Shown one piece after another: positions 37,498 through 46,205 of a DNA stretch of 64,000 nt. Origin of the DNA: a virus; the IMG/VR virus record IMGVR_UViG_3300045988_152178; one strand, written 5' to 3'. The translations under genes were made by a program, and so were the position numbers. Position 1 is the stretch's first letter. Every line of letters begins with the position of its first letter. The notes below the pieces were generated by a model. That model was not told the origin of the DNA. It did not search any database and saw only the letters and a program-made list of their open reading frames with translations.

Positions 37498-38403
37498 ATG
37501 GAACTAAGACATTTACGTTCGTTCGCGTATGTGGCAGAGACGCTTTCTTTCAGTATCGCCGCCACCCGATGCTTTGTCACCCAATCTGCCATCAGTCAGC
37601 ACATCAAGGCTCTGGAGGATGAACTGGGATGCAAGCTGCTGATACGCACATCGCACAGCATCATGCTCACCGAGAATGGGGAGGCACTTCTGCCACGTGC
37701 CAAGGAAATACTGAAGTTGACGGAAGACTGCAAGGAGCATATCAATGCAATCAACAACTGCATGACCGGAGAACTGCGCATCGGTGTAGGTTCCTTTATC
37801 GCCCCCTATATCCGTGTGGCTGCACTTATATTCATGGAGCGATACCCTAACGTAAGAGTGAATGCCGAATTTACCAAGGCAACGAGCCTGAACCGCCTGT
37901 TGCGAGACCACATGCTGGATCTTGCTTTTACGATGAACGAAGCCTATACCAACGAGGGTATCGAGAGCCAACCCTGCATCCCATTCAGTATTTGTGCTAT
38001 TATGAGAAACACACACCCTCTTGCCAGGAAAGATAAGGTAATATACGATGACCTGCTGAAGCACGGCATCATCATGCCCGATGTAGGCGAACGTATTTTC
38101 AACACCTTTCAGCAATACCTGCAGAACGATTTCGCCAAATTAAATGTAAAGTGTATCGTGAGCGATCCAAACGAAGACCTTGCCATCATAGAAGATACTC
38201 ACCTGGTTACTTTTATGCCGAAGCTGTATCTGAAGAACCACCCTACCCTTATAGCTCGTCCTATCCAGTGCATAGGAGAAGAACTGATGAGCAATGCCCA
38301 CTGGATGAAGGATGTACCTATGAAGCGTTCCGCACAACTCTTCCTCGACATTATCAGGGACGAAGCCATCCCGTATATCAAGGCTTTGGAAGAAACTATG
38401 TAG
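37498..38403 (+). CDS. LysR-type transcriptional regulator
   Basis: Canonical N-terminal HTH MELRHLRSFAYVAETLSFSIAATRCFVTQSAISQHIKALEDELGCKLLIR plus a substrate-binding-type C-terminal domain. Has its own promoter. Confidence 0.85.
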   Translation: MELRHLRSFAYVAETLSFSIAATRCFVTQSAISQHIKALEDELGCKLLIRTSHSIMLTENGEALLPRAKEILKLTEDCKEHINAINNCMTGELRIGVGSFIAPYIRVAALIFMERYPNVRVNAEFTKATSLNRLLRDHMLDLAFTMNEAYTNEGIESQPCIPFSICAIMRNTHPLARKDKVIYDDLLKHGIIMPDVGERIFNTFQQYLQNDFAKLNVKCIVSDPNEDLAIIEDTHLVTFMPKLYLKNHPTLIARPIQCIGEELMSNAHWMKDVPMKRSAQLFLDIIRDEAIPYIKALEETM

Positions 38404-38413
38404 TTTAGTATCA

Positions 38414-38453
38414 AAGTACATTTGTACTTATGCACTTCTGCACGTTTGTACTT
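38414..38453. promoter_or_regulatory. candidate operator: palindrome plus a third half-site
   Basis: AAGTACA tt TGTACTT (38414..38429). TTTGTACTT repeated at 38421 and 38445. TGCAC repeated at 38431 and 38439. Confidence 0.35.
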
Positions 38454-38542
38454 TTTCTTATCCTTCTATTAGTGTTCCTGCTTCATGATTTATCAGCAAG
38501 AACATCTAATGAAAATCACTTTTCTGTTTACTTCATTCATGT

Positions 38543-38550
38543 TACCTTTG
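38543..38550 (+). promoter_or_regulatory. -7 box upstream of the 38592 cluster
   Basis: TACCTTTG, 42 nt upstream of the ATG. Confidence 0.4.
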
Positions 38551-38591
38551 CATACGATTCCGATATTGGAAGAATTTAAACACAAAAAACT

Positions 38592-39104
38592 ATGCAGGTA
38601 AAAACGAATGATGGCAACTATGATGTTGCCAGCAAGGGATTGGGTAATACCGCCCTTGGACTTGGTATCGCAGGTTTGGCTACCAGTTTGCTGGGTGGAG
38701 GCGCATCCTTGTTTAACCTCGGCAGAGGCAACAATGGTATGACTTCCAATCCGAGTGACCCGGATTCACGCTTCGTAACCAAGGGTGAGACCAACCTTAT
38801 TCAGGAGAACTCTACATTGAAGACGGAACTTGCTATCCAGAAGAGCGAGAACTATGCCGACAAGAAAATGGTAGAGATAACTCAGTATCTCGACGGTAAG
38901 ATTCGCCAGCTCGAAAACAAAGTGGATGCCAACAAGGATGCACAGCAGGCGGTCAACGCACAGCAGATGGCATATAATGCCGCTGCCAACGCCAACATCG
39001 ACGTGCTGAAATCGCAGGTGGCTTCACTTACGAGTGTTACCAAGCTGATGATTCCATCGGGCAATGTATGTCAGATGGGATGCGGATGCGCTTGTAATCA
39101 GTAA
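38592..39104 (+). CDS. membrane protein with Gly-zipper TM, coiled coil and Cys-rich C-terminus
   Basis: GNTALGLGIAGLATSLLGGGASLF, then a coiled coil, ending CQMGCGCACNQ. Confidence 0.65.
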   Translation: MQVKTNDGNYDVASKGLGNTALGLGIAGLATSLLGGGASLFNLGRGNNGMTSNPSDPDSRFVTKGETNLIQENSTLKTELAIQKSENYADKKMVEITQYLDGKIRQLENKVDANKDAQQAVNAQQMAYNAAANANIDVLKSQVASLTSVTKLMIPSGNVCQMGCGCACNQ

Positions 39105-39133
39105 CCGTATTTTCGGATAAAAGGAAAAACGAT

Positions 39134-39556
39134 ATGGATTACAAGAACTCGCAAATCCTGGCAGCGGTGGTGTCCGAATGGGCACGCCCTGCCATCTCTC
39201 AGATAGCGGCTGGCAATCTGATGCGCTTGCCTATACTCCAGTCTCTTCAGGCTACCATCGGCAGCCTGGGTTTGGTAAGCGGCAGCTATTCTCTGCAAGC
39301 CGATGTAGAACCGATGATTCAGCCTGTGGTCAATGCGCTTGTCACTCCGATGCTTGCTAAGTATTTCGGGAACATTCCCGAAGAAAGCATTCCTCAGATG
39401 GCACACGACGTAGTAGATCAGCTTCGCTACAAAGGACCGCTCTCTATCCTGGAGGGTGTGATAACCTTTGACGAGGAGGATCTTGACGAACTCGCCGACC
39501 TTCTTCAGAAGAACCTTCCGGTAGAGAATGCGCAGGGCTATCAGGTGAAACATTAA
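39134..39556 (+). CDS. hypothetical protein
   Basis: 140-aa ORF. Confidence 0.65.
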   Translation: MDYKNSQILAAVVSEWARPAISQIAAGNLMRLPILQSLQATIGSLGLVSGSYSLQADVEPMIQPVVNALVTPMLAKYFGNIPEESIPQMAHDVVDQLRYKGPLSILEGVITFDEEDLDELADLLQKNLPVENAQGYQVKH

Positions 39557-39597
39557 TGCGGCGGTGAAGTCGTCGCTCTATTAAAACAGAAAAGACT

Positions 39598-40020
39598 ATG
39601 AATAAAAGAACAATTCCAGCCTGCATCATGGCTACGCTTGCAGTAGGTGCAACCGCCACTGCTCCCTATTATGATGTAAATATCACGCAGCAGCTCTGTG
39701 CTCCATCATGTGTGGATGAGACTCCGGTTTTCAACCCTCAGTTCTCTGTAAAGAGTATTGCCAACGTGGGTACTTCGCAATATCTCATAACGATTCATGT
39801 AGAGGGTGTTATCAGTTACGTGCCTTGCAACTGCGGCTCCTGTTGCACCCGCTCGCAGGTAGTAAGTCAGGATTTCACCATTCCTGTCTTCTCTGCTACG
39901 GCAATCACTAACGTTACCACATCTCTTGGCAGCGTGAAAAACCGTCTTGTCAAGGTAGCCTGCTGCTCCTGCAGCAAGACTTTCGTGTGCGATGCTCCTT
40001 TAACACTCGCCATCGCATGA
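39598..40020 (+). CDS. secreted Cys-rich protein
   Basis: Signal-like N-terminus MNKRTIPACIMATLAVGATATA. 13 Cys including CNCGSCC and ACCSCS. Confidence 0.65.
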   Translation: MNKRTIPACIMATLAVGATATAPYYDVNITQQLCAPSCVDETPVFNPQFSVKSIANVGTSQYLITIHVEGVISYVPCNCGSCCTRSQVVSQDFTIPVFSATAITNVTTSLGSVKNRLVKVACCSCSKTFVCDAPLTLAIA

Positions 40021-40052
40021 CTATCCACCAACAAAAGGAAAGGTAAGAAACG

Positions 40053-40553
40053 ATGAAGTATATTCAGTTGATAGACCAAGCCCGTGCTCACGGCGTGGCT
40101 ACCGAGAAGAAGATGATGGAGGCGATGGAGCAGTTGAGCTGCGACCTCGCCTCCCTGGAGGAAACAAATCCGGAATTGTACTGGTGCATCCTCCGTCATC
40201 AGCACGCAGTGTTCTATGATCGTCATTACAGTGAGAAAATGGCTAACCATGATGTCTGCCATCTTGTGTATAGCAAGAAAGGCGAGAATGGCGAGTTGGT
40301 AGGATCCGGGGCACATTGGACCAAATCGCAGATAGCGAATGCCACCAAGGGCATGAAGTTCCGTGAAAAGGTGAACGATTGGGATAAGTATGTTGCCTTC
40401 AATGCCATGTATGCTGACCTGTGTAGCGATATGACAGAAGATGAAATCATCAAGGCAGCTTATCTCTTTTATTTCCAGGATGCAGACTGGCAACCCGAAG
40501 AAGACGATTGTACCAAGATATGGGACTATATGTCCGCTCACGCTACGATGTAG
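40053..40553 (+). CDS. hypothetical protein
   Basis: 166-aa ORF. Confidence 0.65.
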   Translation: MKYIQLIDQARAHGVATEKKMMEAMEQLSCDLASLEETNPELYWCILRHQHAVFYDRHYSEKMANHDVCHLVYSKKGENGELVGSGAHWTKSQIANATKGMKFREKVNDWDKYVAFNAMYADLCSDMTEDEIIKAAYLFYFQDADWQPEEDDCTKIWDYMSAHATM

Positions 40554-40673
40554 TTTGTTTTGATATAGGTAATATGGATTTCACACTAGCGAGTGCAAGT
40601 ATTTAAAGAAAAAAGATTGGGATAACATTTTTTGAAGCCTCTTTGCGACTACAAAAGCCGCAGGGAGGCTTTC

Positions 40674-40710
40674 TTTGTCCCCATCATCTTTTTAGCATTT
40701 GCTATCTTTG
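40674..40710 (+). promoter_or_regulatory. promoter, TTTGTCCCC-N-TAnnTTTG family (endolysin)
   Basis: TTTGTCCCCA, 25-nt gap, TATCTTTG, then CCATCAGAA. Confidence 0.5.
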
Positions 40711-40743
40711 CCATCAGAAGAAAAACGATAAAACGGAAAAGAT

Positions 40744-41298
40744 ATGGCAAAGATTCAACCTCTTGTAGATTTCATCCTCTCCTTTGAAGGAGGTTACGTG
40801 AACCATCCCAATGACAAGGGCGGTCCTACCAACATGGGCGTAACGCTGAAAACCTGGCAAATCCAAGGTTACGACAAAAACCATGATGGCCGCATCGACG
40901 CAAAGGACGTGAAGCTTATCACCAAAGCCGATGCCATCTCCATCCTTCGCCGTTGCTACTGGAACCGATGGAAAGCCGATGGCATCAAAGACCAGAGCAT
41001 CGCCAACATTCTGGTAGATTGGGTATGGAGCAGTGGCACCCCAGGCATCACCCTCGTACAGGCAATGCTAGGAGTAACCGCCGATGGTATCGTGGGCAGC
41101 AGAACCCTCAAGGCCATCAACGCCCAGAACCCTAAGCAGTTTTTCGAGCGTATCAAGTCACGCCGCAAGCAATACATCTCCGGCATCATCGCCAAGCACC
41201 CTAGTCAGAAGGTCTTCGAGGCAGGTTGGCTCCGTCGCCTCAATGCTATCAGCTACGGCAGTCTCATCGCCAATGGCGGCAAGAAAATAAGTTTTTAA
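40744..41298 (+). CDS. endolysin, glycoside hydrolase family 108 with PG_binding_3-like C-terminus
   Basis: ILSFEGGYVNHPNDKGGPTNMGVT (the GH108 EGGY motif). C-terminal LGVTADGIVGSRTLKAINA. Confidence 0.85.
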   Translation: MAKIQPLVDFILSFEGGYVNHPNDKGGPTNMGVTLKTWQIQGYDKNHDGRIDAKDVKLITKADAISILRRCYWNRWKADGIKDQSIANILVDWVWSSGTPGITLVQAMLGVTADGIVGSRTLKAINAQNPKQFFERIKSRRKQYISGIIAKHPSQKVFEAGWLRRLNAISYGSLIANGGKKISF

Positions 41299-41319
41299 CA
41301 ATAAATAGATAAAAGATTA

Positions 41320-41931
41320 ATGGCAAGTTACAATGGAAACGTTGACCTTTTGGCTCTGAATGGAGCCAAGGTCTTAGTAGGTATCGATGAGAAGAATGCA
41401 AAGCGTCCATATGTTTGCATTCCTCTCGATGTGAACGAAATTAGAGTAGAGGCATCTAAGAATGATGCAAGTAAAACTCAGGCTAAACTGAGAGTCAACA
41501 TCTGGCCTTTCAATGAGGCATACAAGAACAAAATTCGCCAGACAGCAGCCGAGCGTGGCGATACCCAGGTGAGTGTACCAACCCACGAAATGCAGCTCTC
41601 GTTCTCTGTCGAGTACATCAAGGCAGTAGCAAAGAATTTCCCTAAGCTCGTAGAGCAGGTAAAGGAAGCCAACAAGGACAAAGACCCTGACATCGTGAAT
41701 CAGGATTCCGATGATGAGAACTCTCACCTCTTTAAGGCAATCCGCACCCGCATGAATAAGCGCATCGCCAGCCTCTATCAGCCACAGCCTACCGCCCAGC
41801 AGCAGACGTACCCACAGCAAGCCTACGGAGCCGTCGGCAATGCTACCGCCTATGTACCGCCAGCAGATGGAGGCAATGATTACTCTTCAATGCCAGGTTA
41901 CGATGATCCGAACAGCGACCTGCCATTCTAA
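41320..41931 (+). CDS. putative ssDNA-binding protein with SSB-like acidic C-terminal tip
   Basis: Q/P/G-rich linker, then ...GYDDPNSDLPF at the extreme C-terminus. The N-terminal domain was not recognised. Confidence 0.45.
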   Translation: MASYNGNVDLLALNGAKVLVGIDEKNAKRPYVCIPLDVNEIRVEASKNDASKTQAKLRVNIWPFNEAYKNKIRQTAAERGDTQVSVPTHEMQLSFSVEYIKAVAKNFPKLVEQVKEANKDKDPDIVNQDSDDENSHLFKAIRTRMNKRIASLYQPQPTAQQQTYPQQAYGAVGNATAYVPPADGGNDYSSMPGYDDPNSDLPF

Positions 41932-41960
41932 GAAAGGTAAAAGAGTAAAAAGGTAAAAAA
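41932..41960 (+). repeat. A-rich GGTAAAAAGGTAAAAAA-type 3' motif
   Basis: GAAAGGTAAAAGAGTAAAAAGGTAAAAAA directly after the stop at 41931. Confidence 0.7.
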
Positions 41961-41992
41961 GCCTCCGTTCCCAGCGATTCTATCGCTGGTTC
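41961..41992 (+). repeat. hairpin repeat copy E
   Basis: GCCTCCGTTCCCAGCGATTCTATCGCTGGTTC after the SSB-like gene, preceded by the A-rich GGTAAAAA motif. Confidence 0.9.
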
Positions 41993-42005
41993 TAAAGTCG
42001 AAGTT

Positions 42006-43106
42006 ATGAATGAACAGATAAACCTCACCATCCCCCGCGGCTGGAACCAATGCACTCCCTCCCAGTTGGAAGCCCTCGCTGCCATCATGCAGGAGCAGAT
42101 AGCCAAGGTGGACCGCTACCATCCTTTCGATATGCAGAAGGTGAAGATAGCCGTCTTTTTCCTCTTTGCCGGGATAAGCATCAATGCCTATCCCGACCCT
42201 CGCGACCCCATCAATGAGCAGCACTACTTGGTAAGCATAGAGCCGCAGAAGAAGCGCTTCCTGAAGAAGCTCCTCTCCCTCTGCACCCCCGTTCCCAGCG
42301 ATTCCATCGCTGGTCCCCAGTCGGCTAGCAACTTTCCCCTCTATCTTTGGCAGATCAACTATTGGCTCTCCCCGAAAGCCAAGACCAACGATAAGACCGC
42401 CCCTGAGTACATCGCTCAGGGCGCAGGTCTTCTCGATTGGCTGGATGCAGATAGTGGCAATTTCCTCACCCGTTTCCCCTATCCATCTATCCGGCAGAAA
42501 TCCAAGTGGTATCGTCGTGCAAAAACCTTCCAAGGTCCGCACCCCGATCTCGATGGTTTCTCTTGGCAGCAGTACCGTTTTGCCAGCGACATGATGCAGA
42601 CCTACACCAAGTTAAGCAACAACCTGGTAAAGATGAAGAAGATGGATAAATTCACCGAGGAACAACTCCAGACGCAAGCCCAGAGTGTAGCCAGTGCAAG
42701 AAACATGTTCCTTGCCACCATCTTCAACACCACCACCCAGTACGTCGATCCGACAACAGGCATCACGAAATACGATTTTCACTACGAGTCGAAGCAGTTC
42801 ACCGAGAACGCAGGTTATTTCGTCAAATACCCGGAAACCAATTGGCAGGTCATCCTCTTCTGGTGGAGCGGCATCATGCACACCCTAGCCCATCGCTACC
42901 CTCACGTGTTTAAGGTGCAGAAGTTAAGCAAAAGCAAGCCGCAAACCCCGATGGAAATCTACACCGCCACCACCGCCACGATGCAGAAGTATGCCGGTCT
43001 AACGGAAGATCAGGTCAACACCCAATCCTATTCCCTCGTTCTCGAACACCTAGAAAGGTTGTCGAAAGAGAATGAGGAAATGGAAAAGATGAGGAGAGGG
43101 AAATGA
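42006..43106 (+). CDS. hypothetical protein carrying an in-frame copy of the hairpin repeat
   Basis: 366-aa uninterrupted ORF. Repeat copy F (42286..42316) is translated as PVPSDSIAGP. Confidence 0.6.
   Translation: MNEQINLTIPRGWNQCTPSQLEALAAIMQEQIAKVDRYHPFDMQKVKIAVFFLFAGISINAYPDPRDPINEQHYLVSIEPQKKRFLKKLLSLCTPVPSDSIAGPQSASNFPLYLWQINYWLSPKAKTNDKTAPEYIAQGAGLLDWLDADSGNFLTRFPYPSIRQKSKWYRRAKTFQGPHPDLDGFSWQQYRFASDMMQTYTKLSNNLVKMKKMDKFTEEQLQTQAQSVASARNMFLATIFNTTTQYVDPTTGITKYDFHYESKQFTENAGYFVKYPETNWQVILFWWSGIMHTLAHRYPHVFKVQKLSKSKPQTPMEIYTATTATMQKYAGLTEDQVNTQSYSLVLEHLERLSKENEEMEKMRRGK
42286..42316 (+). repeat. hairpin repeat copy F, inside CDS 42006..43106
   Basis: CCCCCGTTCCCAGCGATTCCATCGCTGGTCC in frame within an uninterrupted ORF. 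Confidence 0.9.
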
Positions 43107-43127
43107 GAAAGAAAAAAAAGAGTTGAT

Positions 43128-44156
43128 ATGAATATAGGTTTAATAGATGTAGATGGGCATCATAAAAAGAAAAAAATCGGCGCTACGGTTTACCCTAATC
43201 TCGCGTTAGGTAAACTAGCACGCTGGCATATAATGCAGGGCGATAATGTAGAGTGGGCGCAACCTATAAATCTTTTCGATCATCAGCATTATGATATACT
43301 TTATGCTAGCAAGGTGTTCAATTTTTCGCCTGATGTTGATTTCTCTCAGTATTCCTACGATAAGTTGGTAAAAGGTGGAACTGGATATGACATATATAGC
43401 AGTTTGCCGACCGAGGTAGATAGCCTGCAACCTTATTATGAGCTTTTTCCCGATATACCCAAGAATACGGCTTATGGCTTCCTTACAAGAGGCTGCCCTA
43501 ACAAGTGTTCCTGGTGTGTGGTTCCTAAAAAAGAAGGTGTCATCCGTCCTTATATGGATATAGAAGAAATCGCCATCGATGGTAAGGATCATGTGGTATT
43601 GATGGATAATAACATTCTTGCTGCAGGAGATTATGCGAGGCTGCAGCTTCAGAAGATTATAGACCTTGGTTTGCGTATAGATTTTAATCAGGCGATGGAT
43701 GCACGATTAGTAACCCCTGAGTTTGCTTCCTTGTTGGGTAAGGTGAAGTGGATAAATAATCGCATCCGTTTCGGTTGTGATACTACACCACAGATAAAAT
43801 CCTGCGAGCGGGCCATGCAGATGATAAATGATGCTGGCTTCAAGGGCGAATATTTCCTGTATACGATGGTAGGCGGTAAAAACGATTTTAAAGAATGTTA
43901 TAACCGCATTCATTATTGGTGGCAGCGGTTGCAAGACTTCCGTCGCGACCATATCGGCAGGGCAGTTTATGCTTATGCGCAGCCATATAGAGACCCCATG
44001 AACCCCAACAATGCAATACCGCAGTGGCAAAAGGACTTGGCGAGATGGTGCAACAAGCGAATGTTGTTCTGCAAGGTGGATTTTAAAGATTTTTCTCCGA
44101 GAAAGAACTTCACGTGCCAGGAGTATCTTTTGAAGCTAAAAAAGCAGCAAGGATAA
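43128..44156 (+). CDS. radical SAM protein
   Basis: FLTRGCPNKCSWCVVP CxxxCxxC motif. The N-terminal region resembles a truncated B12-binding-like domain. Confidence 0.75.
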   Translation: MNIGLIDVDGHHKKKKIGATVYPNLALGKLARWHIMQGDNVEWAQPINLFDHQHYDILYASKVFNFSPDVDFSQYSYDKLVKGGTGYDIYSSLPTEVDSLQPYYELFPDIPKNTAYGFLTRGCPNKCSWCVVPKKEGVIRPYMDIEEIAIDGKDHVVLMDNNILAAGDYARLQLQKIIDLGLRIDFNQAMDARLVTPEFASLLGKVKWINNRIRFGCDTTPQIKSCERAMQMINDAGFKGEYFLYTMVGGKNDFKECYNRIHYWWQRLQDFRRDHIGRAVYAYAQPYRDPMNPNNAIPQWQKDLARWCNKRMLFCKVDFKDFSPRKNFTCQEYLLKLKKQQG

Positions 44157-44175
44157 AAAGTAAAATCTTACCCCC

Positions 44176-44210
44176 CTCGCCTCCGTTCCCAGCGATTCTA
44201 TCGCTGGTCC
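44176..44210 (+). repeat. hairpin repeat copy G
   Basis: CTCGCCTCCGTTCCCAGCGATTCTATCGCTGGTCC, 20 nt after the radical SAM stop. Confidence 0.9.
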
Positions 44211-44219
44211 TTATCCCTC

Positions 44220-44256
44220 TTTGTCCCCACTAAAACTATAAAAACCCCTAACTTTA
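44220..44256 (+). promoter_or_regulatory. weaker member of the promoter family (portal operon)
   Basis: TTTGTCCCCACTAAAA, 25-nt gap, TAACTTTA (G to A in the -7 box). Confidence 0.35.
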
Positions 44257-44346
44257 CACTCAGAAACAAGAGAAATAGGTGTGCGTATATCGCCACCCTT
44301 CTCTCTTCCATCACATTCAGGATAACATAAAAAAGAAACGCAAAAA

Positions 44347-46164
44347 ATGACAAGCAAAAACAAAAACAGAGTAACCAACCTGCAGCAACTCCAAAATCGA
44401 AGTGAGGAGCTGAAAGATGCAGGCTATGTAGCCGTTCGCCCAGATGCCTTTACGTCGCCTAAGAACGGCGGCAATAAGGTCTTTTCCTGGAACGACTACG
44501 TTCACGGTATGCTCCTAACCACAGCCGGTATGTCGGCAAGCGGTGGCGACGCAGGCGGTTCTGTAGCACGACAGCAGGTTTCCACTATCTTTGCATCGAG
44601 CGGCGGCGAGAACCTGGGTAAACCGAAGGACGTAGGTACCGAAGGCTTAGGCTTTATGGAATGGGGTATGGCCAACCGACTGCCAAACCTTATCTGGATG
44701 CTCTCCCGTATGTCGCCTTTTACTGCAGCAGGAGTAGATTACATCAAGAAGATACTGGTAGGTCGTGGTCCCGCAGCCAAATATCACTACACCCAGTACG
44801 TAGGTGGCAACATCACGGAGAAATATATCCACTACGAGAGCGCAGGGGTCTTGCTCCGTGGTCAGATAGCTGACCTCAAAGCCAGGGAAGAGGCAGCTGC
44901 CGAAGCCAAGCGCCAGAACGAACAGCAGAGCCAGAACGGGCAGTCTCAGCAGGAGGAGTCACCGTTCTCTGCGGTTCAATCGCAGGTCTTATCCTCCGAT
45001 GAAGAGGATAGCGAGGAGATGAAATCTCTGAAAGAAGCTCTCCGCAAATGGGAAGAAACCAATGCCCAGCTTCGTGATTTCCTGAAAAACAACGACCTGA
45101 TGCAGACCTTCCTCGACCTGGCAGGAGATATGGCTCTGATGTCTCAGTGCTTTGTAGAACTCCAGCTCAATCAACGTTCCCTTGACGAAAGCGGCAAAGC
45201 TGTTCCTACCGCCAAGTGGACCCCGAAGGTTATCGGTCTGAAGCATCGCAGCATCTTCACTACTCGCCTGGAGCGCATGGACGAGAACTACCGCATCAAC
45301 TATGCCTACGTCAGCAATCAGTGGCTCGACCCTACTCAAAACGTCGGCGTGCAGAAAGAGGAAGACCGCAAGATAGCGGCTATCCCCTATCTCCCTACCA
45401 CATCAGCCGTGAAGGATTTGCAGCGCAATATCCGTGAGGCACGTCAGAAGCAGGTAAGCCGCAAGAAACGTCCTACTCGCTTTATCATGTCACCAAGAGA
45501 TTTCGGTGGTCCGTACTATGCCGATGCCCTTTGGCACTCTATCTTTGCCGGCAGCATTTTTGAATACGCCTTCACCATCGTAGATGACCGCCTCACCCGA
45601 AAGCGCAACAGCAATATCATCGGTAGAGTTATCTATATCCATCAGGACTATATCAGCAAGCTCTATCAGCAGCAGGGCAAGCAGAAGGAGAAGACCATCG
45701 GTGAGATTCAGGACGAAATCTTCACATCTATCAATACATGGCTCGCCAACCCCGATAATGCTGGTCAGGCGCTCATCTCCTCTGTCTTCACTGGCAGCGA
45801 CGGAAAAGAGCACAAGGCTTGGGAAATCGTAGAAATCGAAACCAAGGCAAATGATCAGGCGAATGCCGACAAAACCGAGCTGCAGGAAATAAGCAGCATC
45901 ATCTTCTTTGCCATGGGTCTTGATGCAAAGCTCATCGGTAACACCCCAGGCGATACGGCATCATCGGGCGGTACCGACCTGCGAGAGCGTTTCCTGGTAA
46001 AACAGATTCAGTTTGCCCCATTGCAGCAGTTGATGATACGCCCGCTGGAAGTTTTGAGCCGTTTCAACGACTGGGACGAGCACCTGGTATGGCAGATAGA
46101 CCGAGAGGTATTGACCACCCTCGACAACTCGAAGACCGGAGTGGCGAAACAGGAAGCCTCTTAA
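44347..46164 (+). CDS. putative portal protein
   Basis: 605 aa. It is the only remaining ORF of portal-like size outside the tail-fibre block. No motif recognised. Confidence 0.4.
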   Translation: MTSKNKNRVTNLQQLQNRSEELKDAGYVAVRPDAFTSPKNGGNKVFSWNDYVHGMLLTTAGMSASGGDAGGSVARQQVSTIFASSGGENLGKPKDVGTEGLGFMEWGMANRLPNLIWMLSRMSPFTAAGVDYIKKILVGRGPAAKYHYTQYVGGNITEKYIHYESAGVLLRGQIADLKAREEAAAEAKRQNEQQSQNGQSQQEESPFSAVQSQVLSSDEEDSEEMKSLKEALRKWEETNAQLRDFLKNNDLMQTFLDLAGDMALMSQCFVELQLNQRSLDESGKAVPTAKWTPKVIGLKHRSIFTTRLERMDENYRINYAYVSNQWLDPTQNVGVQKEEDRKIAAIPYLPTTSAVKDLQRNIREARQKQVSRKKRPTRFIMSPRDFGGPYYADALWHSIFAGSIFEYAFTIVDDRLTRKRNSNIIGRVIYIHQDYISKLYQQQGKQKEKTIGEIQDEIFTSINTWLANPDNAGQALISSVFTGSDGKEHKAWEIVEIETKANDQANADKTELQEISSIIFFAMGLDAKLIGNTPGDTASSGGTDLRERFLVKQIQFAPLQQLMIRPLEVLSRFNDWDEHLVWQIDREVLTTLDNSKTGVAKQEAS

Positions 46165-46198
46165 AAGTAAAAAGGTAAAAAAGTAAAAAGGTAAAAAA
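46163..46198 (+). repeat. A-rich motif, tandem 16-mer
   Basis: AAGTAAAAAGGTAAAA twice, directly after the stop at 46164. Confidence 0.75.
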
Positions 46199-46205
46199 TA
46201 AGGAT

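Noticed and set aside
37513-38115. 200-aa minus-strand ORF, and 38140..38435 minus-strand ORFs
   Set aside because: They are antisense to the LysR-type regulator, which has a canonical HTH and full length.
40634-40672. Terminator after 40053..40553 (GAAGCCTC...GAGGCTTT)
   Set aside because: It has only a 7-bp imperfect stem with a loop of about 22 nt and a weak T-run. It is plausible but too loose to report as a feature.
41928-42542. 204-aa minus-strand ORF containing IAGNGG twice
   Set aside because: The repeated peptide is only the reverse translation of hairpin repeat copies E and F. The ORF overlaps a better plus-strand gene.
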